63,914 bases of DNA, filler included, from Octopus bimaculoides (GCF_001194135.2; 4 parts of 4 records of this genome joined end to end with filler, not necessarily neighbours in it), one strand, 5' to 3'. Positions 41,276-53,352 are shown, counted from the whole stretch's first letter. The notes: generated from the letters alone by a model not told the origin. Translations and numbers: made by a program.

Positions 41276-41324
41276 ACGCGCGCATGTATGTATGTATGTA
41301 TGTATGTATGTATATATGTATGAA

Positions 41325-41357
<33 letters not shown>

Positions 41358-41984
41358 TTATGTATGTATGTACGTATGCATGTATGCTTGTATGTGTACA
41401 TGTTTGTTTCTATCACTAACGCTGTGACACCCACCAACAGTAATAATATAGCATGAAGTAGATAAGCAAATCCATTTGAAATAAAGACATAAAATGTGGT
41501 ATGCTGGCATATTTTAAAAGTTAAATTAATTGTTTTTGATCTTAAGGCTCGAATAGAAGCTAAACAGCCACAACATTACAATAAGCAACATCAGTATAAA
41601 CCACTACAACACCAATAATTCCCGTCCACCGTCACTAAAATCTAAGCTAATACAACTCGCATTAACATCATTGTTGACCCATCGATTTTTGAATCCAAAT
41701 GATTACAAGAGATATCAACATGTACGCCAATATATACGTATGCATGAGTGTGTGTGTTTGTATGTTTACAAGCATGAGTGTCAGTTTGTGTGTGAATGTG
41801 TGTGCATGAGTGTTTGCGCATGTCTGTGTATGTGTGTGTGTATTTATTCCTTAAGTCAGAAGTGCAAGTGGCGAATTGTCTATAAAATCTGATGAACATT
41901 CTTTTGGACAATGCACCGAGCCAGCCCTCGAATTTAGATGGTCTTTCTGATAATGACAGGGTAGAATAAATCTCCAAGAATAGA

Positions 41985-42450
41985 AATTCTCTACTTCAGC
42001 CAATAGATCAAGGTGTGGTAGCTAACTTCAATGCATGTTATATGAGAAGAACTGGCATGAAATGAAACTTTCGGCTTTGAATAGTGCTTGAAAAAATATG
42101 TCCAGACGGTATCCGTGACATTACAAGTTTTCCTCAAATAGAAACTCTACATGAAATTCAGAAATATTTTGTGATACAGGCAAAGTATATATGATTTGAA
42201 GAAGTCAAAGAGGATGATGTGACTGAGTTGTTAGCGTCCGAGAAAGAAAGTTGATCTAACAAGGAGCAGATGCTTTTACAAAAACAATCTGAGAATACAA
42301 TGAGTCACTTAAATTTGCTACGAAAACTATTGCTAAATAGTTGGCACTTATAGAAGACAGTCTGCAGGTTTTTGCTGATAATGGTGCTAAATGAGAACTC
42401 ATCATAAAAGTTACAACAGAAGTTTACAATTATCACAGTTACAGAGCATA
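41985..42450 (+). mobile_element. Tigger/pogo (DDE_1) transposase remnant
   Basis: NSLLQPIDQGVVANFNACYMRRT and EEVKEDDVTELLAS match Tigger1-type motifs. Confidence 0.75.
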
Positions 42451-42459
42451 TTTGAAATA

Positions 42460-42700
42460 AGGTAAAGCAAGAACGGAGCGGTGTGAATGACGTTGATCGC
42501 AGAATACTGAAAGCTTAAATTCTATTTGGCAAGACATATCACAGGGTTCACAATCCACAAGTGGATACGTGCAATTGCCGAACGGTATCCAAGAGATTAG
42601 AAAAAGCCACTTCAAAAGTCATCTCGAGGATGGGAAAGATGAAAAATGACAGAATCAAGAAAGAACTGAATGAGCAAGTGCGAAATTAGCATGCTTAACC
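42460..42700 (+). mobile_element. RTE-type LINE remnant
   Basis: VNDVDRRILKA*ILFGK resembles RTE ...EVDxRIxKASxAFGRL. Confidence 0.45.
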
Positions 42701-42894
42701 TCTTGCAGTGGAAGAGGTTGGGTCTTCTGTTAGTTAAATAGAACATGTGTTTCTGAGGCTAAGGAGTGTCTGTCTCATATTTCTAGCAATACCGGTGCTC
42801 TCTGCACACTCGGTCACATTGTAATGACGATGAATTATATATATATATATATATACATGCACACACATATATGGATATATTTGCATATATAGGA

Positions 42895-43045
42895 TCAAGT
42901 GTGGCTGTGGTAAGAAACTTGCTGTCCTACCACATGATTCCGGGTTCAGTCTCATTGTGTGATTGTGTGGCATCTTGGTCAAGTGTCTCCCAGTAATGCC
43001 TCGGCTCGTCCAAAGCCTTCTGTGTGGATTCGGTAGACAGAAACT
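42895..43045 (+). mobile_element. SINE with CORE-like segment, 5' half
   Basis: gtgtggctgtggtaagaaacttgc...gggttcagtctc...catcttggtcaagtgtct...ggtagacagaaactg. Confidence 0.75.
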
Positions 43046-43046
43046 G

Positions 43047-43083
<37 letters not shown>

Positions 43084-43624
43084 NNNNNNNNNNNNNNNNN
43101 NNNNNNNNNNNNNNNNNNNNNNNNNNNNNNNNNNNNNNNNNNNNNNNNNNNNNNNNNNNNNNNNNNNNNNNNNNNNNNNNNNNNNNNNNNNNNNNNNNNN
43201 NNNNNNNNNNNNNNNNNNNNNNNNNNNNNNNNNNNNNNNNNNNNNNNNNNNNNNNNNNNNNNNNNNNNNNNNNNNNNNNNNNNNNNNNNNNNNNNNNNNN
43301 NNNNNNNNNNNNNNNNNNNNNNNNNNNNNNNNNNNNNNNNNNNNNNNNNNNNNNNNNNNNNNNNNNNNNNNNNNNNNNNNNNNNNNNNNNNNNNNNNNNN
43401 NNNNNNNNNNNNNNNNNNNNNNNNNNNNNNNNNNNNNNNNNNNNNNTATATAAAATAGTGTACATTTAAACACAAGAGAAATCTACCTTCAACAGGCAGT
43501 TTTTGCACGCTAGAAGAAGTAGTCAAAACGACCAAACCCACATTTAAGAGCAATCTTCAAAAGAAATGAAAAATAAAAACTTTTTACATTAATTCAGGAG
43601 GCTAATGGTCACCCGGAACGAGAT

Positions 43625-43963
43625 TAGTCTTCAAACGATAAATGCCCATTTCTTATAAACTTGTGTTTTGTTCATGACAACGTTCTTGTAAGTTATTTTA
43701 CATATGAAAACTGTTTCGGCCGCCTGTTTCCCGTGCAGAAGACGAAATTTCACGGAAGCGTGCTGTTTCTTCGTGAAAACCGACGAAGGAAGAAGCATTG
43801 CAAAACAAGGAAGCACCACGTGACAGTAGCATTTCACACGACGACGTAGGTCGGCAGACTGATGTCTGAGAGTCGCATCAAGTGGCTTTTAGCGGCGGAA
43901 GCCAGAACTACTGTGGGATTGTCCCACAGGCAATGTTTTGGTTTACTTTTGGGTAACTTCTCG
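43625..43963 (-). mobile_element. Mariner 5' fragment
   Basis: TA|cgagaagttacccaaaagtaaacc TIR, then KQHASVKFRLLHGKQAAETV...KTQVYKKW (mariner HTH N-terminus). Confidence 0.75.
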
Positions 43964-43999
43964 TATGTATGCATGTACATATATAGGTATATGTATATA

Positions 44000-44099
44000 N
44001 NNNNNNNNNNNNNNNNNNNNNNNNNNNNNNNNNNNNNNNNNNNTTAATTAATTAANNNNNNNNNNNNNNNNNNNNNNNNNNNNNNNNNNNNNNNNNNNN
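44000..44099. other. Assembly spacer 44 N + TTAATTAATTAA + 44 N, cutting the VWA exon
   Basis: Same construct as 19633-19732; VWA coding sequence resumes immediately after it. Confidence 0.9.
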
Positions 44100-44266
44100 A
44101 CTGAAAAAGGATGGCGTCACTATATTTACAATTGGAGTTGTCAATCCAAGAGTGTCTGAGTTAACTGCGGCAGCAAGTGAACCCAGTTGTACACATTTCA
44201 TCAACTTGAAAGATTATAATGAGATTGATTTTATCGTGAGGGAAATTAAATCTAAATCCTGTAGAG
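44100..44266 (+). CDS. Gene 1 exon: C-terminal part of a von Willebrand factor A (VWA) domain; 5' end lost in assembly spacer
   Basis: Frame from 44101 reads LKKDGVTIFTIGVVNPRVSELTAAASEPSCTHFINLKDYNEIDFIVREIKSKSCR, matching the VWA C-terminal pattern (LKxxGVxIFxIGV...EL..IAS.P). Ends at AGA G|GTAAGT, phase 1. Confidence 0.9.
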
Positions 44267-45816
44267 GTAAGTCTGATATCTAACAACTGTTGTTGAAAAT
44301 TATTGTTGTTTTTGTTTCTATTGTTAATGATGTTGTTGCAGATCAATGGATGCTGCTGCACCGAAAGTTTAATAAGATGTAACCATGGACTTTATTACAA
44401 ATTTCCACGATATAATAAGGGCAGTTAATTAATTAATTAATTACTGTGACTGTCTGCAGTCAGCGAACTTAAATTTATTTCTTCCCGCTTACGTACACTG
44501 ATATAACTACTAACTATAAGTACCATACGTTAATTTTTCGGAACACACCGAATAGTTTGATGTGTAAAATGTATGTATATGTGAGTATATATATCCAGGA
44601 CATTGTGCATGTCCTTGTACGTGAGTATAGTTATATAACTGTCGCTATGTATGGCTAGCTGTATGTACAATACGTTCATACAGATGTATGTATAATTATC
44701 TAAGTGGATTGGCGTATGAAGGTATAGCTCATTCCTTTATATTTCCATACATCCGTATTCATATACAGATATGTATACGTATATATATTTGCGCGCGAGT
44801 GTGTGTGTATCTATGTATATATATATATATATATATATATNNNNNNNNNNNNNNNNNNNNNNNNNNNNNNNNNNNNNNNNNNNNNNNNNNNNNNNNNNNN
44901 NNNNNNNNNNNNNNNNNNNNNNNNNNNNNNNNNNNNNNNNNNNNNNNNNNNNNNNNNNNNNNNNNNNNNNNNNNNNNNNNNNNNNNNNNNNNNNNNNNNN
45001 NNNNNNNNNNNNNNNNNNNNNNNNNNNNNNNNNNNNNNNNNNNNNNNNNNNNNNNNNNNNNNNNNNNNNNNNNNNNNNNNNNNNNNNNNNNNNNNNNNNN
45101 NNNNNNNNNNNNNNNNNNNNNNNNNNNNNNNNNNNNNNNNNNNNNNNNNNNNNNNNNNNNNNNNNNNNNNNNNNNNNNNNNNNNNNNNNNNNNNNNNNNN
45201 NNNNNNNNNNNNNNNNNNNNNNNNNNNNNNNNNNNNNNNNNNNNNNNNNNNNNNNNNNNNNNNNNNNNNNNNNNNNNNNNNNNNNNNNNNNNNNNNNNNN
45301 NNNNNNNNNNNNNNNNNNNNNNNNNNNNNNNNNNNNNNNNNNNNNNNNNNNNNNNNNNNNNNNNNNNNNNNNNNNNNNNNNNNNNNNNNNNNNNNNNNNN
45401 NNNNNNNNNNNNNNNNNNNNNNNNNNNNNNNNNNNNNNNNNNNNNNNNNNNNNNNNNNNNNNNNNNNNNNNNNNNNNNNNNNNNNNNNNNNNNNNNNNNN
45501 NNNNNNNNNNNNNNNNNNNNNNNNNNNNNNNNNNNNNNNNNNNNNNNNNNNNNNNNNNNNNNNNNNNNNNNNNNNNNNNNNNNNNNNNNNNNNNNNNNNN
45601 NNNNNNNNNNNNNNNNNNNNNNNNNNNNNNNNNNNNNNNNNNNNNNNNNNNNNNNNNNNNNNNNNNNNNNNNNNNNNNNNNNNNNNNNNNNNNNNNNNNN
45701 NNNNNNNNNNNNNNNNNNNNNNNGGATGTATACACATGAATGTATACTATGTATGCATGTTACATTATATTTGACTGCTATGTTGTGCCTTCCTAAACGT
45801 CACTGTCTGTTTCCAG

Positions 45817-45941
45817 CTCCCACCGAAGTTCCTGAAGACACTCAGTTAGTCAATAACACCATTCCAAAAACTAACGAGACAAAACAACAAGTCTTGCAGG
45901 TCGCCAACACGACAAAGTCCACCTTGGGTACAACAGTTCTG
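45817..45941 (+). CDS. Gene 1 exon A1 (module 1, part A)
   Basis: ctgtctgtttccag acceptor; (A)PTEVPEDTQLVNNTIPKTNETKQQVLQVANTTKSTLGTTVL; CTG|gtaaga donor. 125 nt, phase 1 to 0, three N-glycosylation sequons, similar to exon 49082-49203. Confidence 0.88.
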
Positions 45942-46426
45942 GTAAGACGAATATTCTAAGAACTATATCAACAGAATTGTATTTTTCTATTTTTAAGGAT
46001 GATTGGGAAAGAAGGGACAGTGCCCATAAACATCTCAGTCCTTCAAGGACTGGACGGTCACATTCTTTTTATTGATGTTTAGTTGGGACATTTATGGCTG
46101 CAAGATAAATGTGGGCAACGGAGGGAATTCTGGAGATTGGGTCGACATTGGGTGGGGAGAAAGGATTGAGTATAGTGGTTAGTACAGGAAAAGCGGGGTT
46201 TAGACATAGAATATGTGATTAGGAGGGCAGAGATGGGTGTGTCAAGCTTGCTTTGAAGGGGCTGGTATGCAGATAGCTAGTTCTGAGAAGACGATGTTGT
46301 AGTAACGGTAGAAGCGGCAACAGGAAGAGACAGTGGGTTTATGGGAAAAAGTTTGGACTCCTTTTCTAAATGAATCAATCAAATTAAGGATACTATATAT
46401 ATCATACCCTTTTTGTTTTTCCCCAT

Positions 46427-46634
46427 GTGAGTATCTAGTTTGGTGTGGTGACTATGTATGTTATATCTGTTGTTTTCTGCAGGTGAATGTGCGGTTTGGT
46501 GTGGTCATTCTATATGTTATATCTGTTGTTGTTTTCTTCATGTGAATGTGCGGTTTGGTGTGGTCATTTTATATGTTATATCTGTTGTTGTTTTCTGCAG
46601 GTAAATGTCCAGTGTGGTGTGGTCATTGTGTACG
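46427..46634 (+). repeat. Tandem 56-59 bp units spanning the intron/exon B1 boundary (duplicated 3' splice site)
   Basis: Units start at 46427, 46483, 46542 and the true exon at 46601. Each unit is about 27-34 nt resembling the exon start plus tatgttatatctgttg...ttttctgcag. AG is intact at 46481-82 and 46599-600 and mutated to CAT at 46539-41. Confidence 0.9.
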
Positions 46635-46835
46635 CTTCATTTAGCAACAGTTATCCCAATGAAGCCGACTACGACTACAAGACTTTGGCAACTGACCATC
46701 AGCCGGGCAAATTATTTCTTTTGCCAAAATCAGAACTTGAAAAGCTTGTCCTGACTGTCCTTTCCCAAAAACGATTCGATCTTAATTCCTCAGCCTGTGA
46801 CAATCCTTCCTATGACATCAGCATCAACCCAACGG
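46601..46835 (+). CDS. Gene 1 exon B1 (module 1, part B)
   Basis: gttgttttctgcag acceptor; VNVQCGVVIVYASFSNSYPNEADYDYKTLATDHQPGKLFLLPKSELEKLVLTVLSQKRFDLNSSACDNPSYDISINPT; G|gtaagc donor. 235 nt, phase 0 to 1, homologous to minus-strand exon 60281-60512. Confidence 0.9.
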
Positions 46836-47429
46836 GTAAGCTACTTCGTTTTCTTTCAAACATTGTTTTATATATTTTACATATTCAATGTAAGAGTAAT
46901 GAGGGTTCCAGAATTGACGGCAACATAGNNNNNNNNNNNNNNNNNNNNNNNNNNNNNNNNNNNNNNNNNNNNNNNNNNNNNNNNNNNNNNNNNNNNNNNN
47001 NNNNNNNNNNNNNNNNNNNNNNNNNNNNNNNNNNNNNNNNNNNNNNNNNNNNNNNNNNNNNNNNNNNNNNNNNNNNNNNNNNNNNNNNNNNNNNNNNNNN
47101 NNNNNNNNNNNNNNNNNNNNNNNNNNNNNNNNNNNNNNNNNNNNNNNNNNNNNNNNNNNNNNNNCTTTGGCGTCCCCTCAGAGAGCCCAACGGAACTGTT
47201 TCTGTCTGTCGTTTCCGGCATTCCCCTTGTTTGGTTTTGCCCCTCACTCCCTTCCATCCATGACTTACCAACTCGTCCAACCATACAACTGGTCCACAGG
47301 TGACACTGTTCTTCATTTCTTCCTTGACATTTATATATATATATCTGATTATATCCATCATGAGATGTTTTTACTACCAATAAAAGGTCTGTCTCTTCCT
47401 GTTCTAACATTTGTCTTTCTCTCTCACAG

Positions 47430-47513
47430 CACCCAGACTTGAAGCGGCTTGCATCGTAAATCATGTCCATAGCCCATGTACTGCAAAGCAACTCGACTCT
47501 GCATGTTACGACA
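47430..47513 (+). CDS. Gene 1 exon C1 (module 1, Cys-rich part C)
   Basis: tctttctctctcacag acceptor; (A)PRLEAACIVNHVHSPCTAKQLDSACYD; A|gtaagt donor. 84 nt, phase 1 to 1, three Cys spaced as in the other three 84-nt exons. Confidence 0.88.
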
Positions 47514-48119
47514 GTAAGTACTTACATGTTTTTAGCCCCTAAACATCACCTTCTCCATCGGTATTGTTACGGGTACACGTAATCCAGAGCTTCACAAGTT
47601 CACAACCTATGTCAGCAGACCTTTCTCTGTGCGTGGAGATAGTACTTGGGGGCAGAACCAAGAGCTAAGATCAAAATTTGTCGAAAAGACGTGAAGATCA
47701 TGAAAGAATTCGTTGAAATAAAAGGGGTTTCTTGATTGTAAAGTTATTATGAAGAACTGATATAACGCTTGTATATTAGACCTCCTCAAATGCACAGTTT
47801 AACTCACAACACTCTTGAACCTTAAGTATTATTAATGCAGACGCTAAGCATTTCTTTTGTTTTAGATAAACACCATATATTGATATGGTTTCCCTTCCTG
47901 TAGTACCTTCCATTTCGTATTTGCCCTGCTTGCTGGTAGGTGTGTTGTACAAGGAAAACCAAATCAACTGAGCGAGGTACGCGTGTGTGTGTCCTCAACT
48001 GCTTGACATCCAATATTATTTTGTTTATGAACTAAGTAAAACAGCGGTTCGGCAAAAGGTGGCCAAAAATATGTGATTGGGGTTGAAAATGTGCAAGTGA
48101 AATTTTCAAGGCGGATGCA

Positions 48120-48626
48120 AAAGAATCACCCACTTTGAGTTGCTATAAATTAATGCAACAATCAATACTCAAATCTATTGTCAGCAATTAGAGTGTTTGA
48201 ATGCTGTTTTGAAGGAAAAAAGACATGCTTCAGTAAATTGAAAAGGAGTGGTGTTTCATTAGGACAATGCAAGACCCCACTCTGCAAAGATCACGTCACA
48301 GATAATTGAGGAACTTGGCTGGGAGAAAATTGCTCATCCGCCTTATTCCCTAGACCTTGCTCCTTCAAATTACCATTTGTTCTGTCATTTACAGAATCAT
48401 TTGGATGGATTAACTCTTGAAGTAACCGAGGAAGTCGAAACTGACCTTTCAGAGTTCTTCTCTTCGTAATCGAGTTTTCCAATAATGTGTTTAAAATGCT
48501 TACAAGGAGATGGAAAGATGTCATTGATAATCATGGAAATTATATTGCCGACTACGTCTCATTAAAACGTAAGATTTGATCACTTGTTTTCCTTATTTAA
48601 AATCGGGGTATAATGGGACGACCTGA
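48120..48626 (+). mobile_element. Mariner 3' half in the gene 1 C1-A2 intron
   Basis: YCQQLECLNAVLKEKR...FH*DNARPH...LGWEKIAHPPYSLDLAPSNYHLF; right TIR atgggacgacctgaTA. Confidence 0.85.
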
Positions 48627-49081
48627 TATACGATGGTTAAGAATACGTTAAAAAGTGAATAATACAAAGAGTGCTTATTTCTGTACATCTTCTATATGAA
48701 TAATGCAATGCAATTTGCGACAGCTTGTCTATCTTTTATCATATATATATATATATATATATANNNNNNNNNNNNNNNNNNNNNNNNNNNNNNNNNNNNN
48801 NNNNNNNNNNNNNNNNNNNNNNNNNNNNNNNNNNNNNNNNNNNNNNNNNNNNNNNNNNNNNNNNNNNNNNNNNNNNNNNNNNNNNNNNNNNNNNNNNNNN
48901 NNNNNNNNNNNNNNNNNNNNNNNNNNNNNNNNNNNNNNNNNNNNNNNNNNNNNNNNNNNNNNNNNACACACACACACACACACACACACATACACAAACA
49001 CACACACGCACACACACGCAACACACACACACACACACTAATGTTTTGTACTTTTTTATAAACGTTTGATTCCAATTGCAG

Positions 49082-49203
49082 TGACACCTGTTGTTGGTGA
49101 AGTCAGTCAATTGTATAATAACAGTGTTCTCAAGAATGGCCAAATACAAGAACAAGTTTTGGACATTAGCAACAGTACAGATTCTTCAGGAAGTACGATT
49201 CGG
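49082..49203 (+). CDS. Gene 1 exon A2 (module 2, part A)
   Basis: ttccaattgcag acceptor; (M)TPVVGEVSQLYNNSVLKNGQIQEQVLDISNSTDSSGSTIR; CGG|gtaaga donor. 122 nt, phase 1 to 0, paralogous to 61105-61223. Confidence 0.88.
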
Positions 49204-50332
49204 GTAAGACGATCCTTCTTCAACTTCTGCTATATTTCTTTACTATTTATATTGTCATGTGATTAGTCACATGTGCTGGTAGGGGCGAGGATCAACGCTA
49301 ACAAACCTCGTCGCCTCACCAAAACTTGTCAGATACTTATGAACGATGATTTGATAAAGGATCCGAGTTGAGGGGTTAATATGAAAATGTGAGCGTGAGA
49401 TCCATAACTTGTGATGAGAAGAGATGAAACTGGCGGATCTGTAAATTTGGGTTGAGACGAGATACAGATGAACCTTATTATGGAAGTCATAATGCTAACT
49501 CTTGAAGAGGGAGAAGGATTTTAGATGCTGGAGAAGACGAATTGTTAATGATTGTCTCCACATCACGTCTGAATTGTTGGAATTGTAGNNNNNNNNNNNN
49601 NNNNNNNNNNNNNNNNNNNNNNNNNNNNNNNNNNNNNNNNNNNNNNNNNNNNNNNNNNNNNNNNNNNNNNNNNNNNNNNNNNNNNNNNNNNNNNNNNNNN
49701 NNNNNNNNNNNNNNNNNNNNNNNNNNNNNNNNNNNNNNNNNNNNNNNNNNNNNNNNNNNNNNNNNNNNNNNNNNNNNNNNNNNNNNNNNNNNNNNNNNNN
49801 NNNNNNNNNNNNNNNNNNNNNNNNNNNNNNNNNNNNNNNNNNNNNNNNNNNNNNNNNNNNNNNNNNNNNNNNNNNNNNNNNNNNNNNNNNNNNNNNNNNN
49901 NNNNNNNNNNNNNNNNNNNNNNNNNNNNNNNNNNNNNNNNNNNNNNNNNNNNNNNNNNNNNNNNNNNNNNNNNNNNNNNNNNNNNNNNNNNNNNNNNNNN
50001 NNNNNNNNNNNNNNNNNNNNNNNNNNNNNNNNNNNNNNNNNNNNNNNNNNNNNNNNNNNNNNNNNNNNNNNNNNNNNNNNNNNNNNNNNNNNNNNNNNNN
50101 NNNNNNNNNNNNNNNNNNNNNNNNNNNNNNNNNNNNNNNNNNNNNNNNNNNNNNNNNNNNNNNNNNNNNNNNNNNNNNNNNNNNNNNNNNNNNNNNNNNN
50201 NNNNNNNNNNNNNNNNNNNNNNNNNNNNNNNNNNNNNNNNNNNNNNNNNNNNNNNNNNNNNNNNNNNNNNNNNNNNNNNNNNNNNNNNNNNNNNNNNNNN
50301 NNNNNNNNNNNNNNNNNNNNNNNNNNNNNNNN

Positions 50333-50500
50333 ACACTGTGTGTCACGCTGAATATCCCCGAGAACTACGTTAAGGGTACACGTGTCTGTGGAGTGTTCAG
50401 CCACTTGCACGTTAATTTTACGAGCAGGCTGTTCCGTTGATCGGATCAACTGGAACCCTCGACATCGTAAGCGACGGAGTGCCAACAACAACAACAACAA
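50333..50500 (+). mobile_element. SINE 3' half (family of 54186-54562) with (ACA)n tail
   Basis: Near-identical to 54415-54562. Confidence 0.9.
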
Positions 50501-50598
50501 TAACAATTATTTGTAAATTAAGCCTTAATTCACAAATAAAGAGATAATATATATCCATCAGTGCGGTGTTGAGCACTCATTTTCATCGTTCGATATTT

Positions 50599-50638
<40 letters not shown>

Positions 50639-50645
50639 TTATGTA

Positions 50646-50703
<58 letters not shown>

Positions 50704-50871
50704 CGCACGTTAATTCTGACCTAACCCGTTACCTTGCCTTTTAAAGTCTTATTCACCTGTCTGTCTGTCTGCTTGTCTGTCTGTCTGTCTGTCTGCTTGT
50801 CTGTCTGTCTGTCTGCTTGTCTGTCTGTCTGTCTGTCTGCTTGTCTGTCTGTCTGTCTGTCTATCTATCTC

Positions 50872-50903
<32 letters not shown>

Positions 50904-50966
50904 TCTATCTGTCTATTTATCTATCTGTCTGTCTTTCTACAAATTTTCTCTCTTTCTTTTGCACAG

Positions 50967-51050
50967 ACTCCACACGTGAAGTGGTTTGCCATCGAAAGCA
51001 AGATGAAAGACCGTGTACCCCTGCAGAATCCGAGTCTAAATGCTCTGAAA
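50967..51050 (+). CDS. Gene 1 exon C2 (module 2, Cys-rich part C)
   Basis: tctttcttttgcacag acceptor; STREVVCHRKQDERPCTPAESESKCSE; A|gtaagt donor. 84 nt, phase 1 to 1, paralogous to 59107-59190. Confidence 0.88.
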
Positions 51051-51358
51051 GTAAGTATGTACAAGTGTTTAACCTTCAAGACTCCTTTCTAACTGGTTCA
51101 CCATTGGTTTGTGTTCTTGCGACACACAATCCATTAATGTTAGACCTCTTCAGTTAGCCACTTTAAACCCACTACATGGCTCCTGTGTTTCTTTATCAGA
51201 ATCCATTCTGTTAGAAACTTTCTAAATAGGTTCTTTTCTGAATCTTAACTCTTTGAGAAAAAAATCTTCTCTCTAAACATATATATATAAGTACACACAT
51301 ATGCATACAAATATAGATATATAACAAACGTATTTTCCCTTTTCTATATATTTTTCAG

Positions 51359-51465
51359 CGCCTACCACCTTAATGCCGACAACAACTGATGATGCAGTCA
51401 CAAATCAACTTTCCATAACCGCATCGATTTCTGCAGGACTCTTACTTGCTTGGCGATTGGCATGA
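51359..51465 (+). CDS. Gene 1 terminal coding exon: Thr-rich spacer plus GPI-anchor-like hydrophobic tail
   Basis: tatatttttcag acceptor; (T)PTTLMPTTTDDAVTNQLSITASISAGLLLAWRLA then stop. Tail and following UTR are conserved in the minus-strand paralog at 57309-57400. Confidence 0.85.
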
Positions 51466-51845
51466 TCACGGATCGTGTGCAGGTATAACTGCTACCAAAA
51501 CCAATGAGCAGTTGGTGCGATTTTTGCTGTTCAAAACTCTGTGTGTATGTGTGTGTGTGTGTATTAATGGGATTTATACAAGCTTATAGCGGTCACCCTG
51601 CAATGATTAAGAAAAATAGTCTAATAATGGGGAATACAAGCCCTCGACAGAAAACAAGTAGGCTTTCCTATCCGCGTAGGAAAGCCTCCTTTTTGTCTGT
51701 CGAGGGCTTATATGCCCCTTTATTAGACTATTTTCCTTAGTCATTGCACGGTGATCACCCTAAGCTTTAAGCTTATATAAAAATACCATTATTATTATTT
51801 ACTGGATTGTAAAACCCGGCATCGATAACAAAACTAATCGCAATG

Positions 51846-51884
<39 letters not shown>

Positions 51885-52118
51885 TATTTATCTTATGATA
51901 TTTACTTTACTTTATATTATACTCATTTATTGTGCTTTTAATTATCAATTTTTCTATATGTNNNNNNNNNNNNNNNNNNNNNNNNNNNNNNNNNNNNNNN
52001 NNNNNNNNNNNNNNNNNNNNNNNNNNNNNNNNNNNNNNNNNNNNNNNNNNNNNNNNNNNNNNNNNNNNNNNNNNNNNNNNNNNNNNNNNNNNNNNNNNNN
52101 NNNNNNNNNNNNNNNNNN

Positions 52119-52175
<57 letters not shown>

Positions 52176-53318
52176 TCAAGTAGTAATACAGTACGACTGT
52201 TTCAAGCGGCTCCATTTAATTGAACATTTTTATACTGATATCTGAGTGTTTCCTCACGTCCGCGTTGGTAGTAAGTTTAAATTTTTCGTCTTTGTATAGA
52301 ATCTGATGAGCTGTCCACAAGACTGTAGCTTTCATGGATACGAAACCATTGGCAACTCTATGACCAGAATTTCTTGTCTAATAAATATATATATATAGAA
52401 GTAATTAAGATTCAGTTGAATTAGGTGCTTAAATTAAAGCACCAACTCAGTCCGATATTATCCGCACAGTTCGAAGTAAGATGAATAAAATCAAAACATT
52501 GGAATCGCGTCAGTTACTAAGCTGCAGTTGGTGCGACGAAAATGTCTACTTCAAATAATAAATATTTAAGTAAAGTTAGCAGCATTTGTATGGATTTTAA
52601 TGGCTAATATACGTTCTCCACGCTGAAATTGTTTATATATTTTTAATAATCTTCTAATGCACTAATCCCTCTTTCTCACTAATCCGATATATTTTTAATA
52701 AATGATTGTTTGAAATAAATTTATATAATTCTATCCAAATTGTTATAAATAATTTTATCTGAATTGTAATGAATAGAAAAAAATATAGCGAAATTTGTTG
52801 TTGTTGTTGTTGTTTCTGTCGCCCTGNNNNNNNNNNNNNNNNNNNNNNNNNNNNNNNNNNNNNNNNNNNNNNNNNNNNNNNNNNNNNNNNNNNNNNNNNN
52901 NNNNNNNNNNNNNNNNNNNNNNNNNNNNNNNNNNNNNNNNNNNNNNNNNNNNNNNNNNNNNNNNNNNNNNNNNNNNNNNNNNNNNNNNNNNNNNNNNNNN
53001 NNNNNNNNNNNNNNNNNNNNNNNNNNNNNNNNNNNNNNNNNNNNNNNNNNNNNNNNNNNNNNNNNNNNNNNNNNNNNNNNNNNNNNNNNNNNNNNNNNNN
53101 NNNNNNNNNNNNNNNNNNNNNNNNNNNNNNNNNNNNNNNNNNNNNNNNNNNNNNNNNNNNNNNNNNNNNNNNNNNNNNNNNNNNNNNNNNNNNNNNNNNN
53201 NNNNNNNNNNNNNNNNNNNNNNNNNNNNNNNNNNNNNNNNNNNNNNNNNNNNNNNNNNNNNNNNNNNNNNNNNNNNNNNNNNNNNNNNNNNNNNNNNNNN
53301 NNNNNNNNNNNNNNNNNN

Positions 53319-53352
<34 letters not shown>

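Noticed and set aside
46427-46634. Short regularly spaced repeats here and at 1433, 10438 and 13527 as possible CRISPR-like arrays
   Set aside because: Contiguous tandem units without unique spacers, no cas genes, eukaryotic context.
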